A stretch of 64,000 bases of DNA from an uncultured Methanosarcinaceae archaeon. GTDB taxonomy: Archaea; Halobacteriota; Methanosarcinia; Methanosarcinales; Methanosarcinaceae. The DNA lies in NCBI GenBank assembly GCA_963733675.1, contig CAVTET010000001.1, forward strand, positions 160,001-224,000. Direction: 5' to 3'. Below are positions 42,823 to 54,602 of the stretch, in pieces (position 1 is the stretch's first letter; each line of letters begins with the position of its first letter). The notes beneath the pieces were generated by a model that was not told the origin of the DNA, did not search any database, and saw only the letters and a list, made by a program, of their open reading frames with translations. Made by a program: the position numbers and the translations under genes.

Positions 42823-44781
42823 ATGAGGGAAGAATATATTGAAGTGCAGGGAAATAAGATTCGAATCCTTGATCAGGATACAATAAACAAAATCGCAGCA
42901 GGAGAAGTAATTGAACGCCCGGCATCCGTGGTAAAGGAACTGGTAGATAATTCAATCGATGCAGAAGCTAACGATATCCGGATCGAGGTCGAAAAGGGTG
43001 GGAAAAAATCAATTCTGATTCGGGACAATGGTTGCGGGATGAACAGGGCAGATGCACTTATTGCATACAAAAAACACGCAACAAGCAAACTTACTAAAAT
43101 AGCGGATCTTGACACTATCTCGACAATGGGCTTCAGGGGAGAAGCTCTTGCTTCGATCACAGCTGTTGCAAAGACGGAAATCCTTACCCGGCCCTCAAAA
43201 GAAATCACTGGCACGAAGATAGTAATCCATGGTGGAAAAGTACTTGACACCTCAGATGCAGGCACTGCTCCAGGCACCTCTGTTCATGTAAAGGATCTCT
43301 TTTATAATACGCCTGCAAGATGCAAATACCTTAAAAGTGATCGTATAGAACTTTCCTATATCACAGATACAGTTACGCAGCTTGCCCTGGCAAATACAAA
43401 TATTTCTTTTACCCTTCTCAGTGAAGGGAAACCAGTCCTTAGAAAAATTGGATCAAGCGATCTTTTCAATTGTATTGTCAATATTTTGGGGCCAGATATC
43501 GCTCGCTCGATGCTTCCTTTAGAACATAAGACAGAAGACTTTGAAATTCGAGGCTACATCTCGAAACCGGAAACTAACAGAGCAGAAAGTGACCAGATTT
43601 TTCTTTTTGTAAATACTCGCCCTGTATCTTCAAGAGCTATCACTACTGCTGTACGTATGGGATACTATACCAAGATCCCAAAAGGACGTTATCCTGTTGC
43701 AGTACTCTTTCTTATTCTTGATCCTAGAGAAGTGGATGTTAATGTTCATCCCCGAAAAGCCGAGGTTCGTTTTAGCCGGGAAAAAGAGCTCGAGGATGCT
43801 GTCACAGTTGCCGTTGAAAAGATCCTCTCTGAACATGGACTTGTACCTGAGATCATGGAAAATGGGAGGAGGGCTTTTCAGAAAACTTTCGAAGTTTTAG
43901 GTTCTTCAGGAAGATTGCATGTATCAAGCGATCAGGAAACCTCCCAAAAAATGATTGCGGAAACAGAGATTGCAAAGAAATATGAAGTTCCTGAGAGCAG
44001 TAGCAAAATCCATCGAAAAAGTGCAAAAGCTTATACATATCCCGTAAAAGATACTGAAAGAAAGCTAAAAAAATCAGAGCACCTTCTGGATTTTGCTGGA
44101 GAAAAAGAAGTACAGGGGGCCTTGAGAAAAAACAAGCAGGATGGTGAGATATGGGAAGAAATGAGAATAATAACTGAAGATGATAAGCAAAAACCAAATA
44201 CCGAATCCCTTGAAGATCTTCGGATAATTGGTCAAGTTTCAAAAATGTATATCCTTGCCGAAAAAGGAGAAGATTTAGTTCTTATTGATCAGCATGCAGC
44301 CCACGAGAGAATTCTTTACGAGAAGGTATTAAAAATTAAAAAATCTAGAGTGCAGGAGCTTATAATACCCATAACTATAGACCTCACCCCAAAGGAAAAA
44401 GTGCTTATGGAAGAATATATCCCCTACCTTGAAGAATACGGCTTCGGAATCTCGGAATTCGGTGACAATACTTATGTAGTGACATTCGTACCCGAGGTTT
44501 TCGGGCAGCTTGAGAATCCAGAACTTATCCATGATATAGTCTCCGACCTTTTAGCTACAGGAAAGGTTAAAAAGGATACTGGAATTTCAGAAAAAGTTTG
44601 TAAGATCCTGGCATGTAGGACTGCAATTAAAGGTGGAGCAGCTTTCAACTCCATACAGATGAAGGAGCTAATAGAACAGCTCAAAAAGGCTGAAAATCCC
44701 TACTCATGCCCCCACGGAAGGCCAACTATCATAACCTTTAAAAAAGGCGAACTGGACCGCATGTTCGCAAGGACAAGATAA
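42823..44781 (+). CDS. mutL: DNA mismatch repair endonuclease MutL
   Basis: KIAAGEVIERPASVVKELVDNSID, GFRGEAL, DVNVHP, DQHAAHERILYE, ACR, CPHGRP. Confidence 0.98.
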   Translation: MREEYIEVQGNKIRILDQDTINKIAAGEVIERPASVVKELVDNSIDAEANDIRIEVEKGGKKSILIRDNGCGMNRADALIAYKKHATSKLTKIADLDTISTMGFRGEALASITAVAKTEILTRPSKEITGTKIVIHGGKVLDTSDAGTAPGTSVHVKDLFYNTPARCKYLKSDRIELSYITDTVTQLALANTNISFTLLSEGKPVLRKIGSSDLFNCIVNILGPDIARSMLPLEHKTEDFEIRGYISKPETNRAESDQIFLFVNTRPVSSRAITTAVRMGYYTKIPKGRYPVAVLFLILDPREVDVNVHPRKAEVRFSREKELEDAVTVAVEKILSEHGLVPEIMENGRRAFQKTFEVLGSSGRLHVSSDQETSQKMIAETEIAKKYEVPESSSKIHRKSAKAYTYPVKDTERKLKKSEHLLDFAGEKEVQGALRKNKQDGEIWEEMRIITEDDKQKPNTESLEDLRIIGQVSKMYILAEKGEDLVLIDQHAAHERILYEKVLKIKKSRVQELIIPITIDLTPKEKVLMEEYIPYLEEYGFGISEFGDNTYVVTFVPEVFGQLENPELIHDIVSDLLATGKVKKDTGISEKVCKILACRTAIKGGAAFNSIQMKELIEQLKKAENPYSCPHGRPTIITFKKGELDRMFARTR

Positions 44782-46066
44782 AACTGTTGTAAATTTAAAG
44801 TTTCAAAATATGGATTTTAAGAGGTATATACCAGCTACAAACCAGATTAGATACAAATTTAGCTAAATAATTAAGTTATAGAGCAGTAGATATTGGTCTT
44901 CAAAATGCAAAATTAAGAGCTTGAAGGTTATTAATTTTGAATTTCAACTGCATGAATCCTATTTATTTAGAATATATAAATATGCAGGCAAAATATATCG
45001 AAACTTGTAGTTACATATTCACAGATAATGACAATTTTACAAAACTCTGTTTAGTTTTTAATTTTTAAAAAAATCTTCCCGTTGTTGTAGTTGAAATATA
45101 CTATTTTTTTCCCTTGCTGGTGACATAAATTGCCTTTAAATCTCTCAGCTTAGTGAGATTTCTGGAAATTGTACTTCCAGAAATCTGCAAACGATCGGCT
45201 ATTTCTGATGCTATTGTTAGTTCGTGATCTATAATATCTCCCAATAATATGTTTAGTTTTCATTCAGACTATTTACAAGGCGTTGCAAGGAGATTTTCCC
45301 AAGTTCACGATCTACATCACTATAATTTACAATTACTTATTTTTGCTACGCCATAGAATTGATTTGAAAACTCGTTAGAGATTTAAACAATACTTCAGCA
45401 CCAGTTAATCCCTATTTAACACAATAATTACACTTGAGCTGAAATATAACAGGATTTACTCTGTTGAAACGTAAGATCAGCAATAGAAAATCCTTCATTT
45501 CATCAATATTATGATTTGACAAGGATAATTAATATTTTTAATATCCAGCTCTAATAACATGCTAACATCAAATATGGGAACCACCAAACCATACATTAAC
45601 TTGTATTTCCTGTGTTGCAAATTGAGAGGCATCACAAAATGTAATTCTTAAGGGTATTTTCTGAATTATAGCTTATTTAGGACGTTTACTTGCTTTAATT
45701 TTATTATGCAACTTGTCATCAGGCACTAGGATTTGGTTTAAGGTCTTTTTTGAGCGTTGGAGAATTATCGTTTAATTATAAACCTATTAAAAATGACAAA
45801 GATATATCTTGGAAAACAACATTAAAATATTTTTCACTGGAAATAAGTGATCTTTAATTAACTATATTCCGTCTTATATTTTTAGAAATCTACAACTGGG
45901 TTATATTTGACAAAATAAATTAACTTAAAATTTATTGGTTCCATGATTTTTAATAATGTTGGTTTCTTTGTGCATAAAAACCAGGATTATGAAATATGAC
46001 CTTGAAGCAAGGGTTGAACAGCTTGAAAAAAAGCTCGATACACACTTAGAATCGGAAAAATGTCAA

Positions 46067-46140
46067 TGGGCCCGCTGAGATTCGAACTCAGGATCCCCGC
46101 CGTGTAAAGGCGATGTCATGACCGACTAGACCACGAGCCC
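46067..46140 (-). tRNA. tRNA-Val (anticodon TAC)
   Basis: Reverse complement GGGCTCGTGGTCTAG...TCGCC-TTTACAC-GGCGG...CTGAG-TTCGAAT-CTCAG-CGGGCCCA folds as a cloverleaf. Confidence 0.95.
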
Positions 46141-47367
46141 AGTTTGCTATTGGTTGTATTTTATGGATTACTCTAAATGCAAAACCAAAATGCTACTAAT
46201 TGTATATATCTTTTTTGTTCCTCAAATATTTTTTTATCCTGAAATAATTTTACTGCGGAACTCTTTTAATTTTTTATATTTTTATAACTCAAACATTTCA
46301 GTTTTTATTCTAAATTTTGATCATGTTGATAATTTCTTCTAAAAGGCATATTCTGATAATCCAGTTCTTCAAATTTCAAGGCTATTTGAAGTTTTCGGTT
46401 ACCACTTATATTAACCCAATGTTAATCGAATTATCTTATATGAGCCATTCCATAATCTAGTTATTGATTTCTTTAATGTACATATATTCTAGCATTCTCT
46501 AAAAAGTTAGTCTATAATTAAAATCTTTTTTCTAGTGTCAGAATTATAGTAAACTCAAGAATTAATTATAATTATCAAATTATTTGAATATCATGAAACA
46601 TAATTATTTATGCTTAAGTAACTTGAAGTTTCATAACTAGTGAAGAAAAATGAAAGGTATGGAAAAACTATTTCTTTATTTTCCTTCGACCATGTTTTTA
46701 GCGCTTTTGTGGTTTATTTTTGCACTTAAGTTACATAGTTCCGAATCTGGTCAATTCCTAAACTAGTTCTACAAATCAGAAAAATATCAAAAAAATTATC
46801 AAAATTAATAAAGTTGTTGATTGTGAAAAAGAAAAATTACTCCACTTATGGTATAGACAAAACAGTTTACTGTCTTCACCTTTTGGATTTAATCAATGAA
46901 CCAGAAAAGAGAAAATCGGGTAAAATATCGAAATCAGCAGGAAATATTCAGACAACGTTCACGGAAAAAAACAGTGATAAATAGGAATCCCATATAATTT
47001 TTAAAACAAATCATTTTTTCAAAGATAATTATTTATTTTTAAGTAACTTGAAATTCTATGAACACTGAAAAGTAGAAAGAAAACGAAAAACATCCCAATC
47101 ACTTGTTCCTTCCACGCATTCCGTATTTCTCATTTTAGTAATTGTTGATTTCTACTGTGAGGACTATAAATCGTGGATATTTGATGCTCGAATGTCATAG
47201 GAAGCCAGAATTTGTGTTTTATTACCCATAGAAAACCTGAAGATGACAACCAGGGGTTTCCAAATAGTATCACCGATCAAACAAGAACCTAAATAACTAA
47301 AAATCTGAAAAAGTGCAACAGGTAAGTTTCAGGAAAGTATAATTAAATACTCTGATTCGGTCTTCAT

Positions 47368-48132
47368 TCAGCCCACTAAAACGCGCGTGATAATATAATA
47401 ACCCAAATCCCCGAAAACAACTGCAGTGATAAAGCCTGCTGTAATTGAGAGCATGAAAGGTATACCAGGAGTAACCCATACCTCTTTTCCAATAAGCTCT
47501 TTTTTTATATATTCTTCAATTTCTGGTTTATGGTTCAAATCGAAGCCAAGTCTTGTCCACACAAACTTTTTCTTAATATTTCCTCTTTCTCCAACTTCGA
47601 ATTTCTCCAGTAAACTAAGATGTTCTTTATTTTCCATGGAATAGATATCGATCATATACCCAATGAACATGTAAAATGGTTTCTTCAACATTTCAGGAGA
47701 GAAATATACGAGGTTATAACAGAACAACCCCAAAGGAACAATAGTTGTCATCAGGATAGCATTTTCTAAGACAGTAAAAGTAAAAAGCCCTATTATAGGA
47801 AGCCCCAGCAGGGGAGAGGTCACTCCTGAGAAATGGATGATAGGATAAAGGGGGAAAAAGATTGAAAGTACTATAAGTCCCTTTGCATCCCCGCCTCCGA
47901 TAGCTCCAAGCTGAAAAAGAATATAAACAGAGCAAAACACGATTATTCCAGAAAGGAACAGAGCTTTTAGATAGGGGATACTACCCATTAAAATTTCATA
48001 AAATACAAACACTGAACCAAAGATTAGCATACACTTCCATACTCTGTTTGAGACACTGCGGGCTTTTATGTCTGAATAACACGAATAAAGCAAAAAGGGA
48101 ATAGTAAAAACTATTTTGATTATTTCGATCAT
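47368..48132 (-). CDS. Prepilin/preflagellin peptidase, A24 family (FlaK/PibD-like)
   Basis: YSDIKARSVSN and GGGDAK aspartate motifs, multiple TM segments, C-terminal VWVTPGIPF. Confidence 0.92.
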   Translation of the reverse strand: MIEIIKIVFTIPFLLYSCYSDIKARSVSNRVWKCMLIFGSVFVFYEILMGSIPYLKALFLSGIIVFCSVYILFQLGAIGGGDAKGLIVLSIFFPLYPIIHFSGVTSPLLGLPIIGLFTFTVLENAILMTTIVPLGLFCYNLVYFSPEMLKKPFYMFIGYMIDIYSMENKEHLSLLEKFEVGERGNIKKKFVWTRLGFDLNHKPEIEEYIKKELIGKEVWVTPGIPFMLSITAGFITAVVFGDLGYYIITRVLVG

Positions 48133-48749
48133 TTCAACCCTGCAATAGAATTATTTGATAGAAATTCACATTATTACTTATCCACTTTATTAAAAACTAT
48201 TTGCATAACCCTCTGATTTTAAGAGCCATATCATATCCATTTCTAAGCAGGTGGCATAACTTAGGGATTTATTGAAATATCCTACAGTATTTTAGATTTG
48301 TTCTCGTTCCGAATAACCATTCTTGTTGGAGTCATTTTTTCTCAATAGTTAACAAGAAAAAACGGTATCATATATCTTAATTCCGTTTTTTGCAATTGAC
48401 TCTAAAAAAATTCAAAGTTATAGAGTTATTAAGTGGGAATCATAACTAATCTCCACTGAACACAATTTCGGAATATGAACACGATAAAGCCATCCATTTT
48501 TTCAATCTGAAAGTAACTTAAAAATTGATCCAACTTTCAATGAACAATAGTGAAAATAGGCAAACAAATTATACATATTTTACATCTGCTGAGTGTTGGA
48601 CTAAACAATTTGTGAATTTTTTTCAAAATGCATTTTTGATATTGCATATATACACGAATCTAGAAATTTGCTCTCTATTTTATTCTTTATTAACTTTTAG
48701 TAAGTGTTCTCGGGGGTATTTTGGCATGGAAGTATATGAATAAATCTCT

Positions 48750-49083
48750 CTCACTTGTTATTTTCTTCCTCGCTCTCATAATTGAGATAATTCCACCAAT
48801 TATTTTTTACGCTCCTCAACCTAAAATTTATCATTCTCAAAAATTTATCTCTTTGAAATTTCTTCCTTTTTATACTATTTTTCATCTTTATATATGTCAT
48901 CATTTGTAATAAGATGCCATATTTTTGTGGCAATTTACTTTGTCAGTGTAATAATTGCCTTTGCATGTTCAATTGATTTCTTATTTAGTTTAAAAGAATA
49001 GATTGATTTTCTATTTTCCTGTCTTGCTACTGCTTGAGCAATCTGCGTTGCAATCCACTTTTCAATCCTTTTTCCTCTTTTTG
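48750..49083 (-). mobile_element. IS110-family transposase C-terminal remnant
   Basis: Manual translation KRGKRIEKWIATQIAQAVAR...KKSIEHAKAIITLTK*IATKIWHLITNDDIY resembles the IS110 transposase C-terminus. Confidence 0.65.
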
Positions 49084-49448
49084 GAGAGGAGGAGAACGTG
49101 TATATTTGTCATTGAAAACTACATGAAGCCAGTTTTCTTCTTTTTTAATTTTTTATCCCTATTTAATCGCACTGGGTTTTAAAACGATGTGATTAGGAAA
49201 TAAAAAAATAACGAGAAAGTATTTATACAATTTCCATAGGCTTTCTAATGATTTTTGATCCAAACATGAGGGTTATTCCAAATGGGATTTAGACTGTCAA
49301 ATTAAGACTGAATCTTAAAAATATAGCTATTGCTGTTTGTTACTTAGACTTAACAACAAAGCTAAATGAAAAAAGGGCATTTTAACTTGAAAAAATAGCA
49401 AGCTATTATTTAAGCTTAAGCAAATTTCTGTTAGGATTTGTTAATTTA

Positions 49449-49532
49449 CGCCCAAGGCAGGATTTGAACCTGCGCTCTCTCAAAAGAGAAACGGTTTTCG
49501 AGACCGTCGCCTTACCACTAGACTACCTGGGC
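49449..49532 (-). tRNA. tRNA-Ser (anticodon CGA)
   Basis: Acceptor GCCCAGG/CTTGGGC with G73, anticodon arm ACGGT-CTCGAAA-ACCGT, long variable arm TCTC-TTTT-GAGA, T arm GCAGG-TTCAAAT-CCTGC. Confidence 0.93.
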
Positions 49533-50990
49533 ATTTATAAATATACGAAAAAATTCATGATTATTGTCCAATGCTCCGAATGAAGTTAATTTAATATGCT
49601 TTCTCTCTTATATATTTTATTATCAGCGCGTTAGTTCCGGATCTCATCAGTTCCAAAATAACTTCTACAAATCAGAAGAATACCAAAAAAAATTATTCAA
49701 GGTAATGAAGTAGCGATTATGACGGAGTAAAATTATTTCACTTTTAGTATAGAATAGATAGTTTATTGTCTGTATCATTTAATAATGTAGTATCTTTGAT
49801 ATAATAACTTTACCTGATGATGCAAATTATATATATATCAAAAAGTTCTTAAATTGTTTGTTTCATACTGCAAAATTTACTACAAATTTTCTTGAAGCTG
49901 CAAACATGATTTAAAATCAAAGCTACCAATAATAAAAATTCTTTAAGACTAATATTGTTGTTAATTATATAAAATTAAATTCTCTTAAATTAATGATTCT
50001 ATTAAATTAATATTTCTCCTTTACTTTGGTATATAATAGTTACACTTTTTTAGACGATTGACCTTCAAAATAAAATTCAAGATATTGCTTACTTTCATTA
50101 TATTCCATATTATGGGAGCATGTGCACTTCATATATTAAGGGATTAACACTGGTGGATAGAACTTTCTGGTGATATTTATTCTATGCCTTAGATATAATA
50201 AAACTCTAAAATAGAGTGCCTCAAACAGTTAAAATTCTTTACATATATAGGGTTTTATTAGTAGTTCAGAGCATACCCTAAAAGCTGAAAAATGACTAAA
50301 TTTTTCGGTATACTTCCTTATATTTGAGCCCTAGTTAGTAAGTTTAGTGAGCGAAAAATCAAAGAAATCTTCGCTTTTCCCTACTATAAGCCATGGTTGA
50401 TTAAAGTTTCACTATTCTTTAACTTGTTCATGCATTTGAAAGAGATTCAGCTTGAATCAAAAGTGAATGTATATATATTAGAGTCTATCCGAAAAGTCAT
50501 CAATGGCATGTTGTGAAGTATCCAAACAGGGAGCTGGGAATACACATAAACTTTATGAGCTCATTAGAAGCCCATGCTGGAGTTTAAATCGCCGCGCTAA
50601 TAGATTACCTTAACTTATTGAAAATTATGCTTTAAAAAATTATAAGGATACTTTTTATAATTTCTATATTATAATATATTTTTAAAATATCAAAGATGAG
50701 ATCTTTGGATACCAAGAGTAGTATTCTTGAGTCAGAAAAATTATATTCTCATTTACCATACTTTTTTAATAAACAAAGTTAAATTAAAGCTTGAAAGTGT
50801 TTTCCTTATATGTTAAAAGTTAATTTTTGAAACTCTGGGGGTTGATTGGTAAAGTGAAATAGAAAGTTGAATCTTCTTATTATTGCCTACCACATAGAGT
50901 ATCAGTTCATAAAGATTTTTATCGTGCTTGACTTGCTTCGTTGAGTCTTTCGTTTGCTTTGTTTCCATTGTCAAAGTCTCCATCGCTCAA

Positions 50991-51735
50991 TTAGACAAAC
51001 TCGGCTCTCCTTATTCGTACCATCTCACTTTTATTTGCTTCCAGCGCCTTTATCCTGATTGTATCTTCAGATGTGAGCTTATCAAGCTCCTCTTTCTGTA
51101 TCTCAAACTCGGAGCTTAATTCTGTTATCTGAGCATCCAGGAATTTTAGCTTGCTTTCCAGCTCTTGAGGATCCCATAAGTAAGCCTCCTGAAGATCCAA
51201 GGTATGCATCTTGGATCTTTATGCCATTATCCAGTCACCAGATATTCCCTGATCTGGTTGGAGTGCTCCATGCCTCTGGATTTGATCCCCGAGACTCCAA
51301 GATTGCGCTAGCTGTCATTCTCAAAGAAACGGAGATTGGTCCAAGTATCCATGAGAGAAGATATACCCTGAGCGTTTATGCCCTCGATACTCTCGTGTTC
51401 TATCAGGCTAGTGCATAAAGTAATAATATTCTTGAGCTTCAAGTAATCAACAAGCCTTGTGAGCGTGAACTTGACATTGGTTTCATCACCTACGTTGATC
51501 ATGTTGGATATCGGATTTAAGATCACGACTGCTGGTTTGAACTTATCGATCAACCTGTGCATGGCTACCAGGTGCATTTCCAAGCTGTAGGCCATGGGCC
51601 GTGAAGCACTTATTTGCATTAAACCGGTATCGACGTAGGGCTGGAAGTCTATACCTATAGATCTCATGTTTCTGATTACCTGGCTTGGAGATTCCTCGAA
51701 AGAGAAGTATAGACAGCGTTCTCCCCGCTCACTCA
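50991..51735 (-). pseudogene. KaiC-family ATPase, C-terminal remnant
   Basis: RGERCLYFSFEESPSQVIRNMRSIG, ISSLMDTW, stop, KSRGMEHSNQIREY, frameshifts and a coiled-coil tail. Confidence 0.85.
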
Positions 51736-52039
51736 GTGGTACTGCTCCTTCCTGTTTTGCAAACGCTAGATAAGGATCGCCTGTGGAATATGCAGCTTTT
51801 ATTTCTGGATCATCTGACAAAGCAGCTGCCATCAGAAATTCTTATCGATAATAATCAATGTAAGCCAGAACTTTTCATTTTCCAGGTTTGATAAGGCTTC
51901 TAAGCCATATTGCAGGCATAAACATAAACTTAAAAGTGCTTGGAGCGTTTCTTACAGTTTTTGTCCCAAAAAGTGATAGTAAAAATCTATTTAGTCCGTC
52001 AGATCCAACTGGAATGTCTAAAAGTCTTAATTGCCCTAA
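51736..52039 (-). pseudogene. Family-A DNA polymerase fragment (motif A region)
   Basis: One frame reads LGQLRLLDIPVGSDGLNRFLLSLFGTKTVRNAPS...WLRSLIKPGK*KVLAYIDYYR*EFLMAAALSDD...YSTGDPY. Confidence 0.7.
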
Positions 52040-52377
52040 AATAATACTTGATTTTATCTACATAAATGAGCTAAGCAAAGAATATTCGACACTTATGGAA
52101 TTTAATTGAGTAAGAAATATGAGTTTTGAACTTGATTAATATAACTATATTTCATCTATATTGATTGTGAATTACACTCAATATCTTAGTGTGGACTGTT
52201 CATAATATTTATTTTAAAAACCGACTATACTAAATTTTTTAGAGGCTATCACAGAAATAGAATTAAAATATATAATAAAGTTTTTTCTTATGAACTATTG
52301 AGTAAAATTTTTAATTGAATAAGTAATAGTCGTTCGGAATAATAGCAAATCGGGACTACTGCAGAGGAGTCGGTCTT

Positions 52378-53769
52378 CTAAAAATCAAAGAGTGAACTTT
52401 GACACTTAGAGTTGTCTGTTTTTTCATTTTCTAATTCTTCGTTCTTTTTTTCAAATTTTTTATCGTTTTTTTTCACAGTATTTATTTTTCCGAGGTCCGA
52501 AAACACTATATGATCGATTTGTTCAACTCGTCCGCATTCTGAGTATTTTGAGTTTTTTTTCATTCCGGATCCTTCTTTCATGCATGACTCATATTTTTCC
52601 ACCTTAAGGTTCTCAGGCAATTCCAGCCACCCGTAGTGCCCTCCTCCACCTGGGTGAATGATAACATTGCCTTTTCTAAAAGCAAGTATCGCATCTACTA
52701 TCCTTTTGTCTACTCTTTTGAGGTCCTCAGGCTCTGAATGAATAAGAGCTTCAACCTCGTTTCCAAAATGTTCTACAAGAATATTCCAGGCAGTTTTCAC
52801 ACCTTTTGTCTGGACACTTGAATGTCCGAGAGCCATCTGGATTATCTCTGTAAGAGGAATCAGATGGAGGTAAGGGGGGCGATGGTCAGGGTGTATGGGC
52901 TCTTTAAAATCTGCGAGTTCTTTGATACGATCTAAAACTCCTTTCTTTATGATGCCTCTACACACCGAGCAGCGCCAGTTATGCTCGACGGCTTCAGGTA
53001 ATGAATACTGGGTGAAGCACTTAATACAGGCTGAACGATTGTATTTGCCTTCTTCAGGAAAGAACCCTACATTCAGAGTAGCTCTGTATCCCTGTTTTCT
53101 GAGAATTGCTTTTTTCAGGCCATCAAAAGTAATCTCTGGAACATCAAATTGCGTGAACTCCCTGGACAGTTTATTGGTTGAAGGAGAATGGGCATCAGAA
53201 TTTGAAAGAAAAGTAAGTCGATGCAATTCTTCGATTCTATCTGCATAGTCGCTATCTGCACTCAGTCCAAGCTCTAGAAAAGAAACATAACCCGTCATAT
53301 AGCCATAACAGCTCTGCAAACTGTCGTGGTAGCCATAAAGTGCTGTCCAGGGAGTAAATGCATGGCAGGGGCCTATTAGAGCTCCAAGGTCTTTTGCAAT
53401 TTCTGCAATTTCGATGCCATTCAGATTTACAGTGGGACGTCCATCGGCTTCAAGATTCCCAAAGGGGGAAATGCGTTCTGCAAGCTCTTCAGCTTTAGAA
53501 ATCGAAGGCAAAATCAGAAGGTGGTGTACACGTTTATTATCTTCTATCTCAGTAGTAGGAATGAAATAAATACCTTCGATGCGGATATCTTCATTTGAGA
53601 TGGAAAACTGTTTTATTTCTTCAAGCCATTTAGGATGAGTACAGTCCGCAGTACCGAGCAATTCCATTCCTTTTTTCGAAGCCTCTCTGGCAATCGTTGG
53701 AAGTTCCATTTTCCTTGAAGATGCCATGGAGTACTTTGAATGGAGATGGAGGTCTGTGTTGACTTTCAT
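52378..53769 (-). CDS. PHP-domain endonuclease Q family protein (TIGR00375-like)
   Basis: DLHLHSKYS, GTAD, HAFTPW, ELGLSAD, SNSDAHS, GKY plus CxxC...CxxC, PGGGGHYG. Confidence 0.85.
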   Translation of the reverse strand: MKVNTDLHLHSKYSMASSRKMELPTIAREASKKGMELLGTADCTHPKWLEEIKQFSISNEDIRIEGIYFIPTTEIEDNKRVHHLLILPSISKAEELAERISPFGNLEADGRPTVNLNGIEIAEIAKDLGALIGPCHAFTPWTALYGYHDSLQSCYGYMTGYVSFLELGLSADSDYADRIEELHRLTFLSNSDAHSPSTNKLSREFTQFDVPEITFDGLKKAILRKQGYRATLNVGFFPEEGKYNRSACIKCFTQYSLPEAVEHNWRCSVCRGIIKKGVLDRIKELADFKEPIHPDHRPPYLHLIPLTEIIQMALGHSSVQTKGVKTAWNILVEHFGNEVEALIHSEPEDLKRVDKRIVDAILAFRKGNVIIHPGGGGHYGWLELPENLKVEKYESCMKEGSGMKKNSKYSECGRVEQIDHIVFSDLGKINTVKKNDKKFEKKNEELENEKTDNSKCQSSLFDF

Positions 53770-53831
53770 TTACTCTCTTTACCCAAAATTCTAATTTTTC
53801 AAAATTTAGTCTTCCCATTTTTTACTGAATA

Positions 53832-54602
53832 TCATCCGATATAGCGCAGGTCCTCTTCAGTGGGTTTAACTTCCTGAAAGCTCTGTTGCTCTTCTTTTTC
53901 TTTCAGCTTTTCCATTATGCTTTCCATTTCCTCTGTTTTTTTCTCGAGTGAGTCCATGTTTACCTCTATATCAAAAATTTTACAAACTACTTTTAAAAGG
54001 TACTGGGCACTTTTAGGATCCATAAGATATCCAGGTGTCATACCCATAAGACAGGCGGCTTCAATGCCACGCATCTTGCTGAAAGCTACCAGCAAACCCG
54101 AAGCTCCCACAATCCCCCCACTTGGTTCAAATTCCCTGAACTCTACCCCATAATTTTTGATCTCTTCGATTAATTTAGTATCGTTTGCGACTCCTAGGAC
54201 TGTTTCCTCATAGGTAAGTTTGCCTGTGGGGTAACCCCCTAGCGTGTAAATTCTTGGAACTTTGAATTCCTCTGCAACATCAAGGTAAAGAGAACATAGT
54301 TCATAGTGTCCCTGTGAGGTAGTGCTCTGGTGATCTCCTACAAGGAAAAGGACATCGTTTCCATTTGCTTTCCCGTGGTATATCATATTGCTTACTAGAC
54401 GGACGGTGCAATCTTTATTAATCAGTACCTGGGGTGGGAAGTGGGGAGAATAAACCTCCATAATCTTTTCAGCCCCAAGTTCGTCTACCAGGTGCTCTGC
54501 CACTAGCTTACCTACAAGTCCTACTCCTGGAAGTCCAACTAACATCACAGGTTTTTTGATCTCAAGGTCATCTTTCAGGCGGACAAGTGTACTTTTCTGC
54601 AT
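53832..54602 (-). CDS. Proteasome assembly chaperone family protein (PAC2-like)
   Basis: GLPGVGLVGK, FPPQV, TLGG, GGIVGASG, DPKSA, C-terminal YIG; conserved position after nop10. Confidence 0.9.
   Translation of the reverse strand: MQKSTLVRLKDDLEIKKPVMLVGLPGVGLVGKLVAEHLVDELGAEKIMEVYSPHFPPQVLINKDCTVRLVSNMIYHGKANGNDVLFLVGDHQSTTSQGHYELCSLYLDVAEEFKVPRIYTLGGYPTGKLTYEETVLGVANDTKLIEEIKNYGVEFREFEPSGGIVGASGLLVAFSKMRGIEAACLMGMTPGYLMDPKSAQYLLKVVCKIFDIEVNMDSLEKKTEEMESIMEKLKEKEEQQSFQEVKPTEEDLRYIG

Noticed and set aside
51308-51310. In-frame TAG in the KaiC fragment as a pyrrolysine codon
   Set aside because: The gene lacks its N-terminal half and has downstream frameshifts
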